Shown piece by piece: positions 17,887-27,406 of a DNA stretch of 64,000 nucleotides. The DNA lies in assembly GCA_043821365.1 (NCBI GenBank), contig JBDRCX010000006.1:352001-416000 (forward strand). Reading direction: 5' to 3'. The notes under the pieces were generated by a model. It was not told the DNA's origin and searched no databases. It worked only from the letters and a program-made list of their open reading frames with translations. This stretch comes from Candidatus Micrarchaeota archaeon (GTDB lineage Archaea; Micrarchaeota; Micrarchaeia; Anstonellales; Bilamarchaeaceae). A program made the translations under genes and the position numbers. Within the stretch, counting starts at the first letter, position 1; every line of letters begins with the position of its first letter.

Positions 17887-18360
17887 TCAACCTCCGCATC
17901 CTCCACAACCGCCTCCACATGTTCCACCTGTTATTGGTGCAGATTCAACAATTGGAGCATTGCCATTTTGATCTTCTACAATTAATTTTCCACCACCCAT
18001 ACCCATGGTGCAAGTGATGCTATATGTCCCTGGTTTATCTGCAACAAATTCAATTATGTTGTCACCAGGCACCATTCTTTTTGTGATTCCATAACCCCCA
18101 ATCACTACTGTTTGCATACACCCTCTAAGTGTGTTTGTATCGCCGATTATGGTGAGTTTTGTTCCAACTGTTGTTCTGATTTCCTTTGGTGTGTAGTATC
18201 CATTTGATCCATATCCAAGGGTTATGGTTTGATTACCAGTTACAACCAGGGGTGTGCTGTTTGTGGTTCCTTCTGATTGTGATGATCCAGAAGTTGCATA
18301 TATCCCACCTATCGTTATCAACACCACTAAAATTCCAATCGCAATAATACTTTTATCCAT
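17887..18360 (-). CDS. membrane-anchored cupredoxin-domain (CupA-like) protein with Cys/Gly tail
   Basis: N-terminal TM, GCMQTV and YSITCTMGM; tail GGTCGGGCGGCGG. Start 18360 follows GGAGATGA (track 18387). Confidence 0.8.
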   Translation of the reverse strand: MDKSIIAIGILVVLITIGGIYATSGSSQSEGTTNSTPLVVTGNQTITLGYGSNGYYTPKEIRTTVGTKLTIIGDTNTLRGCMQTVVIGGYGITKRMVPGDNIIEFVADKPGTYSITCTMGMGGGKLIVEDQNGNAPIVESAPITGGTCGGGCGGCGG

Positions 18361-18371
18361 AATTTCATCTC

Positions 18372-20510
18372 CTATAATTTTAACCATTTTAGTGTCAATG
18401 CACTTGTGACAACTGAAACACTTGACAGAGCCATCGCACCACCTGCGATTATTGGCGAAAGTAAAATGCCATATGCAGGGTAAAGTAGACCAGCAGCAAT
18501 AGGTATTCCAAGAATGTTGTAAAACAATGCCCAGAACATATTCTGCTTTATTTTGTTTATCGTCGCACGTCCAAGTTTTATTGCTCTCACAACATCCATT
18601 GGATCGCTTCTCATTAATACAACAGATCCAGTTTCCATTGCAACATCTGTTCCACTTCCAATTGCAATTCCAATATCAGACTGGGCAAGAGCTGGCGCAT
18701 CATTTATACCATCACCTACCATCGCAACTGTTTTTCCATCTTCCTGTAATTGTTTCACATATTTTGCTTTATCCTGAGGAAGAACCTCTGCAAATACTTT
18801 TTCTATTCCTGCCGTGTGCGCTATTGCTTCTGCTGTTCTCTTGTTGTCACCTGTTATTAGCCATGGGTCTATTCCAAGTTTTCTAAGTTCTTTTATTGCA
18901 TGGACACTTGTTGATCTAAGGGTGTCAGCAACTCCGAAAATTGCAACTAATCTGTTATTTGCTTTCAATATCATTACTGTTTTTCCTTCATTCTGTAGTT
19001 TTGAAACAACATCCATCTCTTTTTCTGGTTTGCCAAGATAAATCGTTGCCCTTCCTATCTTTCCTTCAACACCATGTCCTGGTATTGCTTTGAACTTTGT
19101 AAGCTTCAAAAGTTTTGCTCCATTGTTTTTTGCATATTCAACTATTGCATCTGCCAATGGATGCTCTGAATTTTTTTCAACAGAATATGCCATACTAAGA
19201 GCTTCCATTTCATCGAATTTTCCAATCAGTTTGAAATCAGTTACTTTTGGTTTTCCCTCAGTTATGGTGCCAGTTTTATCAAATATTATTGCATTTATCT
19301 TATGCATGGTTTCAAGTGCTTCTGCATTCTTTATCAGAATCCCTTTCTGTGCACCTATACCAGTTCCAACCATAATTGCAGTTGGAGTGGCAAGTCCAAG
19401 TGCGCATGGGCAGGCTATGACTAATACAGAGACTGCAGCAACTAATGCAAATGATATTGTCTGACCTACAAGATACCAAATTGCAAATGTTGCTATTGCT
19501 ATAATTATAACTATCGGAACGAAAACTGCACTTATAGTATCTGCAAATCTTTGTATGTCAGCTTTGCTTCCTTGTGCGTCTTCTACTAATTTGACTATCT
19601 GTGCCAATACTGTGTTTTGGCCTATTTTCTCTGCTTTAAATTTGAAGGAACCGTGTTTGTTTATTGATCCACCAATTACTTTTGATTTTATATTTTTCTC
19701 TATTGGTATGCTCTCCCCTGTTATCATACTTTCATCAACGGCAGAGTTTCCTTCAATAATAGTCCCATCAACTGGGATTTTTTCACCTGGTTTTACTATG
19801 ATTATGTCCCCTACAATAACGTCTGCAATTGGTATCTCCATCTCTTTTTTATTTCTCAATACAATGGCTGTTTTCGGACTCAATCCCATTAGTTTTCTGA
19901 TTGCATCAGAGGTTTTTCCTTTTGCCACTGCTTCCAAATATTTTCCAAGAATAACAAGTGTAATAAGCACGGCAGCAGTCTCGAAATACTGTTCTTCAAC
20001 AAATCCAAGTATTGCAGCTACACTGTAAAAATAAGCAGCGCTGGTTCCTACTGCTATCAAGGTGTCCATACTTGCTGTTTTATTTTTTAATGCACTCCAT
20101 GCACCTAAATAGAATCCCTTTCCAGCTATGAATTGAACTGGCGTGGTTAGTATAAATAATATCAACATTTGATATGGAATATCCATGAAAAACATTCCGA
20201 TTATGAATGCAGGAACTGCTAAGATCGCACTAAAAATTAATAATTTTTTCAAGTCTGCTATTTCTTTTTCTCTGAGTTTTTTTTCGTGTTCATGATCAAC
20301 ACCAATGGTTGCATCATAGCCCTTTGATTGTATTACTTTTACCAATGAGTTCTCGTTTGTTTTATCTTCATCAAATTCTACCATTGCTTTTCCAGCAGCA
20401 TAATTTACGTTGGCAGATTTTACTCCATCCGATTTTTGCAATGCTCGTGTGAGTAATGCAGAACATGAAGCACAATGCATTCCATTTACTGATAGTTCAA
20501 TCCTCTTCAT
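18372..20510 (-). CDS. copA: Cu(I)-translocating P1B-1 ATPase
   Basis: GMHCASC HMA, TGES, CPCALGLATP, DKTGT, EHPL, GDGINDAPA, YN...MALSS. Confidence 0.97.
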   Translation of the reverse strand: MKRIELSVNGMHCASCSALLTRALQKSDGVKSANVNYAAGKAMVEFDEDKTNENSLVKVIQSKGYDATIGVDHEHEKKLREKEIADLKKLLIFSAILAVPAFIIGMFFMDIPYQMLILFILTTPVQFIAGKGFYLGAWSALKNKTASMDTLIAVGTSAAYFYSVAAILGFVEEQYFETAAVLITLVILGKYLEAVAKGKTSDAIRKLMGLSPKTAIVLRNKKEMEIPIADVIVGDIIIVKPGEKIPVDGTIIEGNSAVDESMITGESIPIEKNIKSKVIGGSINKHGSFKFKAEKIGQNTVLAQIVKLVEDAQGSKADIQRFADTISAVFVPIVIIIAIATFAIWYLVGQTISFALVAAVSVLVIACPCALGLATPTAIMVGTGIGAQKGILIKNAEALETMHKINAIIFDKTGTITEGKPKVTDFKLIGKFDEMEALSMAYSVEKNSEHPLADAIVEYAKNNGAKLLKLTKFKAIPGHGVEGKIGRATIYLGKPEKEMDVVSKLQNEGKTVMILKANNRLVAIFGVADTLRSTSVHAIKELRKLGIDPWLITGDNKRTAEAIAHTAGIEKVFAEVLPQDKAKYVKQLQEDGKTVAMVGDGINDAPALAQSDIGIAIGSGTDVAMETGSVVLMRSDPMDVVRAIKLGRATINKIKQNMFWALFYNILGIPIAAGLLYPAYGILLSPIIAGGAMALSSVSVVTSALTLKWLKL

Positions 20511-20518
20511 TTGTTCAC

Positions 20519-21448
20519 CTATGCGTATATCAGACCGTTTTTCGGACCATACATCATTATCAGTACCATCAAGCTCGCTACAATAACAGCAACAAGAAAG
20601 AATTCCGTGAATTTTACTTTGAATTCATTTGCTGGTGTTTCTCCTGCTTCTCTGTGCATCATGTAGCTTAAGCTACCTACCATCACTGCGCACAATCCGA
20701 AAAGAATATACAAGAACAATATCAGGTTGTCAGTTATCATCATGACTGAGAGCATCGCACCCATGGTTCCTGCCATTATACCTGCCATAATTCCTTCCAT
20801 CGCACCCATAATCCCAGAGTGCCGTCCTAATGCAAGTCCTGGTGCTATTCCAAGTGCCATCCCAACAACGGAACCAATAAACATCCCATTTGTTGCTCCT
20901 GCTAATGCACCTGCTAGAAATCCACTCATCATCCCAAGTGTCATACCAACCATCATACCATTAGCACAGGTTAGGTTTCTCCAATAACATCGTATGTGGT
21001 AATATGACGTAAGTGTCATGAGTACCCCCCCACCAAGAAGTATAAAAAGAGGTAGGTACGGTCTAACTAACTGGAGACTAGTTGGATAAATAATGAACAT
21101 AATAATGGACAAAATCAACATAAGTGCCCCAGATCCAATGGCATACTCTGATAAACGTGATTCAACTATGGTCTGTGGTTTACCCGCTAGGATGTTTTTC
21201 AAGTATTCGACTACTCTTTTGAATTGTCCTCTATTGTAATCACGAGCTTCTTTTTCTGGAAATCCTTTTTCTGCAAGTTTTTGTTTTATTTCAGGTAGCT
21301 GTTCATCACTACATCTAATTATTACTCTTCCATTTGTTGCATCTATGTCCACTATTTCACTACCATTCTGAGTTACTGTTCTCTCTATTAATGTTTCACA
21401 TGCTCCACATGTCATTCCTTTCAATTCGAGTTTATGTTCTTTTGACAT
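20519..21448 (-). CDS. HMA domain fused to a Met/Gly-rich multi-TM domain
   Basis: GMTCGAC at the N-terminus; TM segments CANGMMVGMTLGMMSG and GIMGAMEGIMAGIMAGTMGAM. Confidence 0.75.
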   Translation of the reverse strand: MSKEHKLELKGMTCGACETLIERTVTQNGSEIVDIDATNGRVIIRCSDEQLPEIKQKLAEKGFPEKEARDYNRGQFKRVVEYLKNILAGKPQTIVESRLSEYAIGSGALMLILSIIMFIIYPTSLQLVRPYLPLFILLGGGVLMTLTSYYHIRCYWRNLTCANGMMVGMTLGMMSGFLAGALAGATNGMFIGSVVGMALGIAPGLALGRHSGIMGAMEGIMAGIMAGTMGAMLSVMMITDNLILFLYILFGLCAVMVGSLSYMMHREAGETPANEFKVKFTEFFLVAVIVASLMVLIMMYGPKNGLIYA

Positions 21449-21648
21449 TACAACACCACATATCCTTCGTTTGCTATTGCTTTCCTTACTTCTGTTTCTA
21501 CTGATTCATTAGCACAAGTAAATTTTACTGATCCATTTTTCTCACTCACCTCTACATTACTCACCCCGTCTATTTCTGATAATACATCCGTCAACAACAT
21601 CTCACATGATTTACAATGCATTCCATTTACTTTCAATTTTTGTTCCAT
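21448..21648 (-). CDS. copZ: CopZ-like copper chaperone
   Basis: 66 aa, GMHCKSC. Confidence 0.9.
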   Translation of the reverse strand: MEQKLKVNGMHCKSCEMLLTDVLSEIDGVSNVEVSEKNGSVKFTCANESVETEVRKAIANEGYVVL

Positions 21649-21693
21649 TTTTTCACCTTATCTAAATATGATTTCAATCAAGTAATCACACAT

Positions 21694-22143
21694 CTACTGT
21701 ACTATCAATTTTCCAGGACTCCACATCCTCATCCCACAGTTGTATTCATAGGTTCCTGGTTTGGTTGGAGTAAATTCTATAATCCCTTCCTGGCCATTTT
21801 TTGATACTGTCTGCAAATTCAATCCATATATGTAAAGTACTGCTCCACAGCCCACATATGGTTCAGTAGTAAAATGTATTCTGACAAGATTGCCTGATTT
21901 AACAACAACTTCACTTTTGTCATATGTTCCATCTGCTTTTGCTTTGATGTAAACATCCTGTGCCTGTTGTGATTGGCTAACTACTGGTAAGCTTTGGGTT
22001 GTTTGGCTATCCGCTACCGAATTCGATATATCACTCGGTACCGAGGCAGCGCCAAATACCATATAACCGCCTACTAGGAGCATAATCACCAAACCAACGA
22101 AAGAGTATATCGTTGTTTTTTCAATTTTAATTTCATCATCCAT
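21694..22143 (-). CDS. membrane-anchored cupredoxin-domain (CupA-like) protein
   Basis: N-terminal TM, VGCGAVL and YEYNCGMRM. Confidence 0.8.
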   Translation of the reverse strand: MDDEIKIEKTTIYSFVGLVIMLLVGGYMVFGAASVPSDISNSVADSQTTQSLPVVSQSQQAQDVYIKAKADGTYDKSEVVVKSGNLVRIHFTTEPYVGCGAVLYIYGLNLQTVSKNGQEGIIEFTPTKPGTYEYNCGMRMWSPGKLIVQ

Positions 22144-22144
22144 G

Positions 22145-22188
22145 TTGTTTCATTTGGCTGAAACAATATATATTAAATAATGAAACAA
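22145..22188. promoter_or_regulatory. operator palindrome over the copper-operon promoter
   Basis: TTGTTTCA-N6-TGAAACAA (22145-22166) plus a third TGAAACAA (22181-22188), flanking a minus-strand TATA (22165-22177). Confidence 0.65.
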
Positions 22189-22274
22189 TCATTTTCCACC
22201 TTATGACAAGAATGTAAAACATTCTTGACTGTCGCGAACCAACGCGGCAGATTTCTCAAAAAGAGGTTCGCTCC

Positions 22275-22754
22275 ATGGAGATCAGAAAAAAGATCATATT
22301 AGGTCTAGTAACTGTAGCTATTTTTATCTTCCTAACGACTGTGTTAGCATTTGTATTTGCACTTTATTCTCAAGGACAAGAAGTACCAGAAATACTAAAT
22401 CCATTCATTCACTTTCATATTGAATTTATGATCCTAATGGGTGTTTTTGGTTTGCTCTCTGGTCTTATTGTTTACAGTATAATGTCACAAACTTTGGAAA
22501 AACAAAAACAGATTGTCAAAACAAATACTGGGATAATAATGAAATTCTTGAGTGGTGACGAGCGTGAAATTCTTCAGCTTTTATTAACTAAAGATGGAAT
22601 GACAACCCAAAGTGAAATTGCCAAACTCCCTGGTATGAGCCGTCTCAAAGCGCATCGTATTGTAAAAAAACTGGAGACTCGAGGAATTATATACATTGAA
22701 AAATATGGTAAAATCAACATGATTAGAATTGTTAATGAATTAAAAGAAATTTAA
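22275..22754 (+). CDS. membrane-tethered winged-HTH transcriptional regulator
   Basis: Two N-terminal TM helices; C-terminal LSGDEREIL...TQSEIAK...SRLKAHRIVKKLETRGII. Confidence 0.8.
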   Translation: MEIRKKIILGLVTVAIFIFLTTVLAFVFALYSQGQEVPEILNPFIHFHIEFMILMGVFGLLSGLIVYSIMSQTLEKQKQIVKTNTGIIMKFLSGDEREILQLLLTKDGMTTQSEIAKLPGMSRLKAHRIVKKLETRGIIYIEKYGKINMIRIVNELKEI

Positions 22755-22764
22755 ACTCAGAAAA

Positions 22765-23958
22765 CTAGTTTCCAAATAAATTCTTTTTTAGAATCTCTAA
22801 AACCTGGTCTGAGTGCGGGCCAAGTCTTATCAAAGTTGTTTGGCCTCTCACTCCTTTTCCACTTGGAGTTGTAATTATTAATCCTAAAACTTCAAGGTCA
22901 TTTAGATATTCTTTATACCATCTTGAGCTTCTAGGTCTTTTTCTTGTCATCTTACATGTTCTTTCATACTCCTCATAGACTTCTCCAGACAATAACATAC
23001 CTGTATTTTCCGTACCTTCAAGCCTAGAATATTTACTTCCACTGTTTGTAAGGTTGGCAATTGCATAAAGGACAAGCTGATGCATCTCGGGGAGAGTGTT
23101 TATTGTTTCAAGTGTTATATCAAGTTCCACTTTCTTTCTTGCAGCTTCAACATCAGTATCAGATATTTTTTCTCGTTTATCATGTTGTACCATTTCAGCT
23201 GCTTTGTTCAACAGTTTAAGGGCATATCTTGCATCACCATTTTCTTGTGAAGTGATTGCAGCAGCAAGGTTTATGGCAGAGTCATCCACAGTATCTGCTA
23301 CAAATGCACTTTCTATTCGCTGATTCAATATTTTCCTGAGCTGCTCTGCAGTATATGGTTGAAATATCATTTCTGTTTCATATAAACTACTTCTACTTCT
23401 TGGGTCTAGAGAGTCTTTGAAAGAAAGTCTGTTTGAAATTCCTATCATACTTACTCCGCCTTTTTTTACTTCATCGTTTGAGCGTGTAAGGGTATATACA
23501 AGGTCATCAAGATCTTTGACCATATCTATTTCGTCTAATACTATTATCAGTTGCTCTCCTTTTGATGCAACCTCAACTAGTTTTTCATATAAAAACGGTA
23601 AACCAAATCCAGCCTTTTCCAATTCAGGTACATAATCTTTCAAAATACGTTGGAGAATTCTATATCTTGAATTATAAATTCTGCAATTTATGTAATGTAT
23701 GCTGCCCTTATCTTTGCTTTTAGCACCATTAAATTCTTCCATTACTCTTTTGGTAGTGCATGTTTTTCCTGTGCCTGTTTTCCCATAAATAATAAGATTT
23801 CTTGGCTTTTGCTCTTTCAATGCAGGGGAAATTATGGTCATTATGTCATAAAGCTGTTGCTCTCTGAAGTGTAAGTCTTTTGGTACATAATGAGGAGATA
23901 AGACTGATGCATCCTTGAAGATGGTCTTCTCTGATAGTATTTTATCAAAAGAAGTCAT
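22765..23958 (-). CDS. cdc6: Orc1/Cdc6 replication initiator
   Basis: GKTGTGKT, LDEIDM, GDARYAL, C-terminal wHTH. Confidence 0.95.
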   Translation of the reverse strand: MTSFDKILSEKTIFKDASVLSPHYVPKDLHFREQQLYDIMTIISPALKEQKPRNLIIYGKTGTGKTCTTKRVMEEFNGAKSKDKGSIHYINCRIYNSRYRILQRILKDYVPELEKAGFGLPFLYEKLVEVASKGEQLIIVLDEIDMVKDLDDLVYTLTRSNDEVKKGGVSMIGISNRLSFKDSLDPRSRSSLYETEMIFQPYTAEQLRKILNQRIESAFVADTVDDSAINLAAAITSQENGDARYALKLLNKAAEMVQHDKREKISDTDVEAARKKVELDITLETINTLPEMHQLVLYAIANLTNSGSKYSRLEGTENTGMLLSGEVYEEYERTCKMTRKRPRSSRWYKEYLNDLEVLGLIITTPSGKGVRGQTTLIRLGPHSDQVLEILKKNLFGN

Positions 23959-24070
23959 GTTTTGTTGTTGTTGGCATTTGTTTATAAAACCAGAATAGTG
24001 GAAGTTTGGGTCATTTGCTTAGATTTTAATAGCTTATCCTATACAATGAAACCTATTGGAGGCGAATTAT

Positions 24071-24463
24071 ATGATAGTAGGTGAAAGAATACTAGAAGTA
24101 AGTGGAACTAAAGTTCCAAAAATGAACATACAAGGCCTTAACATCAACATATCTCTTGAAGATGTTAAACTTGAAGAAGAAACATTGGAGTTGACTTATG
24201 TTTATACTGCCAGCTACCAAAAAGAAGTTGGCACTCTTAAGATAAAAGGAGTCCTTTTGGCTAAAGAAGATGAAACAAAGTCAAAAGCAATTCTTGATAC
24301 TTGGAAGAAGAGCAAAAAAGTTCCAGATGATTACGCAACCACTGTGCTCAGTGCAATCAATTATAGTGGAAGTGCAAATGGAACTCTAATTGCAAGGGTT
24401 TTGGGCCTTACTGCTCCGTTAATCCCACCAAAAATCCAACTTTCAAAGACTGCTAAAAAATAA
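24071..24463 (+). CDS. conserved hypothetical archaeal protein
   Basis: ORF track 24056; likely ATG at 24071 after GGAGG. Confidence 0.65.
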   Translation: MIVGERILEVSGTKVPKMNIQGLNINISLEDVKLEEETLELTYVYTASYQKEVGTLKIKGVLLAKEDETKSKAILDTWKKSKKVPDDYATTVLSAINYSGSANGTLIARVLGLTAPLIPPKIQLSKTAKK

Positions 24464-24466
24464 TTT

Positions 24467-24880
24467 TTATTTTTCTGATAATTTTTTTAAGGCAGTTAAG
24501 GCTGCCTCTTTTCTTTCATACTGAACAAAAATATGATCATGATGATAGGCAGAAACAGCATTACAGCTTATTTTTTCTTTTGCAAGTGCATCTGCTATTT
24601 TAGCCATAAATCCAACAGCCATCAAATCTGAATTGACTTCAAGTGTTATGAGGGCAAAAGGTCCCTGGATTCTTTCTGTAAGGTCTTTCATATCGTCAAG
24701 AATATCATCAGAAAAAATAACAGTTAATCCCTCCTTCTCTTTATACACACAAACAATATAATCAAGATAACCACTAAGGTTCATCAGATACTGATCATCA
24801 AAAGATCCAATGAAATATTTTTCATTCTTTAAGTTTGGTTTCATATTTTTTAATAATTCATCGAGGTTGCTTATTGTCAT
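24467..24880 (-). CDS. ACT-domain protein (DUF2241/ACT_7-like)
   Basis: LDELLKNMKP...EKEGLTVI...ITLEVNSDLMAVGFMAKI...NAVSAYHHDHIFV. Confidence 0.85.
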   Translation of the reverse strand: MTISNLDELLKNMKPNLKNEKYFIGSFDDQYLMNLSGYLDYIVCVYKEKEGLTVIFSDDILDDMKDLTERIQGPFALITLEVNSDLMAVGFMAKIADALAKEKISCNAVSAYHHDHIFVQYERKEAALTALKKLSEK

Positions 24881-24888
24881 AATACCAC

Positions 24889-25968
24889 CTAAACAAAAAC
24901 AGCGCTCCCCTTACATGTAAAGAAAACAGCCAAATGTTGGGGCAATTCCATGGTTTCATCCTTTTTGAATGGTCCGACGCCAATCATCTCTAGCAGGGGC
25001 ACATTTTCAACAAATCGTATTCTCATTCTTTTATCTGTTCCAAATACAGCATCTTTCCACGGATTGAATTTTTCAATATCATTGAATACTTTTGCAATCA
25101 AACCAGTGTCCCCATGGATACTATTCGGTACACGTATCAATTTGCTTAGATCCTGGGTCACACCAACATCAGTATCAACAGAATGAATTGGTAATCCATC
25201 TGCAACTACTTTTAATCTTTTTACAATGTCATTGAATTTCAATGATGTTTTGCTCCAGTTTCCTTCATTTATACCACTTATGAAAAACTCTCTATTTTTT
25301 TCTTTTGAAAATAATCTTGAAATTGCAGTTGGATTTTCTTTAATCAATTTAATAACATCACGTGCCATTCTTCCTCTGTACCCACTTTCATCTGGTCGTG
25401 GGCCTGTTAATCTCTTATCGTCTCCAATTGTGAAAAACTGAGTGTAATTCAGTCCCTGGCCCATAACATAATCAACAAGTTCTCGTCTTTCATCTCCTCC
25501 AATAGATAGGAATGCAGGATCTCTGACATGGACATGGTAGCCACGATTTCCTGAGAAAACAACTGCTATGTGTTCTTTTTTAATACCAAAATCATTGATA
25601 AGAAAGTCCCCAACTAACCGAATAAGATCTCCCTTAACTTCATCAAGCTTGGCATATACGCCATATTTTCCTTCTGCATGTATGTCTAGATCAAAAACAA
25701 GATCTGCTGCTTTCCATTGTTTCTTTTGTATTGGGGTGGCTCCTGGAAAGTCATAATATGCAGTTGAATGGGAAACAAATAATGGGGTGTTGGTTGCCAA
25801 ATATCGTCTGAATTCTCCTACTGTTGTAAAATTTAAATGCCTTGCATCTATCTTTTTAATATTCCCAAATCCAAATTCACGTTTTTCAATCCCTGGTATT
25901 TGGAAATCTGCATTTTCGTAGTATGAAGCGAATATTTTTTTAACTACTAAAGCATCCTGTCGGTTCAT
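24889..25968 (-). CDS. priS: DNA primase catalytic subunit
   Basis: REFGFG, ADLVFDLD, VFSGNRGYHVHV, LIRVPNSIHGDTG. Confidence 0.95.
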   Translation of the reverse strand: MNRQDALVVKKIFASYYENADFQIPGIEKREFGFGNIKKIDARHLNFTTVGEFRRYLATNTPLFVSHSTAYYDFPGATPIQKKQWKAADLVFDLDIHAEGKYGVYAKLDEVKGDLIRLVGDFLINDFGIKKEHIAVVFSGNRGYHVHVRDPAFLSIGGDERRELVDYVMGQGLNYTQFFTIGDDKRLTGPRPDESGYRGRMARDVIKLIKENPTAISRLFSKEKNREFFISGINEGNWSKTSLKFNDIVKRLKVVADGLPIHSVDTDVGVTQDLSKLIRVPNSIHGDTGLIAKVFNDIEKFNPWKDAVFGTDKRMRIRFVENVPLLEMIGVGPFKKDETMELPQHLAVFFTCKGSAVFV

Positions 25969-26891
25969 TTTTTTGTTCCCTCTGTTTTCAATCCAGGCCA
26001 GTTTAATGGATGCCCTATTCTACAAACAGCACAACAAAGTCCATATGTCATTATCGTAGCACATGATGGTACATTGTAGCCTTTTTTCTTTATGTGGCCT
26101 ATTTGGTATCTTGTAATCTTTTCACTAAAATCAGGCAAATTTGAATAAAGCTGATTTATTTGATCCTCATTCATTCCAATCCCAAGCAAGTAAGTCACCA
26201 GATACCATCTTGCATGGTGAGGAAGGTTATTGTGTTTTTTGATTTCTTCTAGCAGTTTTTCAATACACGGTGGATGACTTTCAACATTGATAATAATCTT
26301 GGTTTCTGCCTTTGGAATCTCATTAAGCAGTTTCTGCCCAGCTTTTTTTATCATTTCTGGTGGGTCTCTTACCAAAGGTATGTTCTCAATATGTTTCTTT
26401 GCTGCTTCTTCTATTAGTCTTTTTTTCTCATCATTTGTTATTTCTACCAACCCGCTGAAAAGCTTTCTATTTATCAGCCTATAATGGGGGTTTTTGATGC
26501 TATACTTAAGGTAGGTTGGCAGATCTATCAAAATTCTATTTTTTTCTGTTTTTGTTTCAATCCCAAAGACTAAACCAACCTTCTCTATCATCTGTTGGTT
26601 TTCATGGTCAAGGTGTGCCCTCACCATTTTGGATTCATTCACTGCAAATCGGTTTGTTAGGAAATTATTTTTCAGTTGCCCTAAAATCATTCTGGCAGCT
26701 GCAAATGAGGCAATTTCTTCTTTTTTATCTAATTCGTGCAAAAGCATTTTCGGGCTGCTTTTTTCAGTCAATGCTTTCTTTATTCTCTCTACACCAAGAT
26801 CAATAATCCGTTCACTAAGATCCACTCCTTTTATGTATGCTTTAGCGCTTTCGCTGAACGGGTATCTTAGTGCGAATTCCAGCCCTTCCAT
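25965..26891 (-). CDS. priL: DNA primase large subunit
   Basis: RYPF, HPPCI, HHARWYL, YNVPSC...CCAVC...HPL Fe-S motif; adjacent to priS. Confidence 0.9.
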   Translation of the reverse strand: MEGLEFALRYPFSESAKAYIKGVDLSERIIDLGVERIKKALTEKSSPKMLLHELDKKEEIASFAAARMILGQLKNNFLTNRFAVNESKMVRAHLDHENQQMIEKVGLVFGIETKTEKNRILIDLPTYLKYSIKNPHYRLINRKLFSGLVEITNDEKKRLIEEAAKKHIENIPLVRDPPEMIKKAGQKLLNEIPKAETKIIINVESHPPCIEKLLEEIKKHNNLPHHARWYLVTYLLGIGMNEDQINQLYSNLPDFSEKITRYQIGHIKKKGYNVPSCATIMTYGLCCAVCRIGHPLNWPGLKTEGTKK

Positions 26892-27402
26892 ACTTTCTTT
26901 TCTCCTTTTTGACTTTTATACTCTTGCTTATGAAATCGAATAATTCATAGCCAATGTCAAATATAATTATTCCCAGGAAATAATCCCATCTACCGATTAT
27001 AATGAGAATTGCTGATCCTACCTTCAAGAATGGGCGATATTTAACAAGCGGTCTTAATCTTCCGATGTAGTCTTGTTCGTCTAAGAAAGCAAGTACCATG
27101 AAGTAAATTAACCAGATCCCTTCTATTTGTGGAAATCCAAAGACTACTAATGCACAAATAGTAACCAAGAAACCAAATCTATGTGTAAATGTGTCTATTT
27201 TTCTTGCAAGTATCTGTGCCAATAAAGCCCCAAGGAACAAAAGACCAAAACTAGCTGAACTAGTGACAAACCCAACTAAAATTCCATATGCAAATGCCAA
27301 TGGTATTTTATGCCAGATGGAAGTCTTTCTGTCATCTTCCATCCAATCCACTACCTTTACGAGAAGACCAGCTAAAAATGCAAGAGCTAATAATTCAAAC
27401 AT
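26842..27402 (-). CDS. hypothetical membrane protein
   Basis: Multiple hydrophobic helices, KIDTFTH, AFLDE. Confidence 0.7.
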   Translation of the reverse strand: MFELLALAFLAGLLVKVVDWMEDDRKTSIWHKIPLAFAYGILVGFVTSSASFGLLFLGALLAQILARKIDTFTHRFGFLVTICALVVFGFPQIEGIWLIYFMVLAFLDEQDYIGRLRPLVKYRPFLKVGSAILIIIGRWDYFLGIIIFDIGYELFDFISKSIKVKKEKRKYGRAGIRTKIPVQRKR

Positions 27403-27406
27403 ATTA

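Noticed and set aside
23958-24070. Replication origin next to cdc6
   Set aside because: The intergenic region is only ~100 nt, with no recognizable ORB (TCCA-GTGGAAA plus G-string) or repeated boxes.
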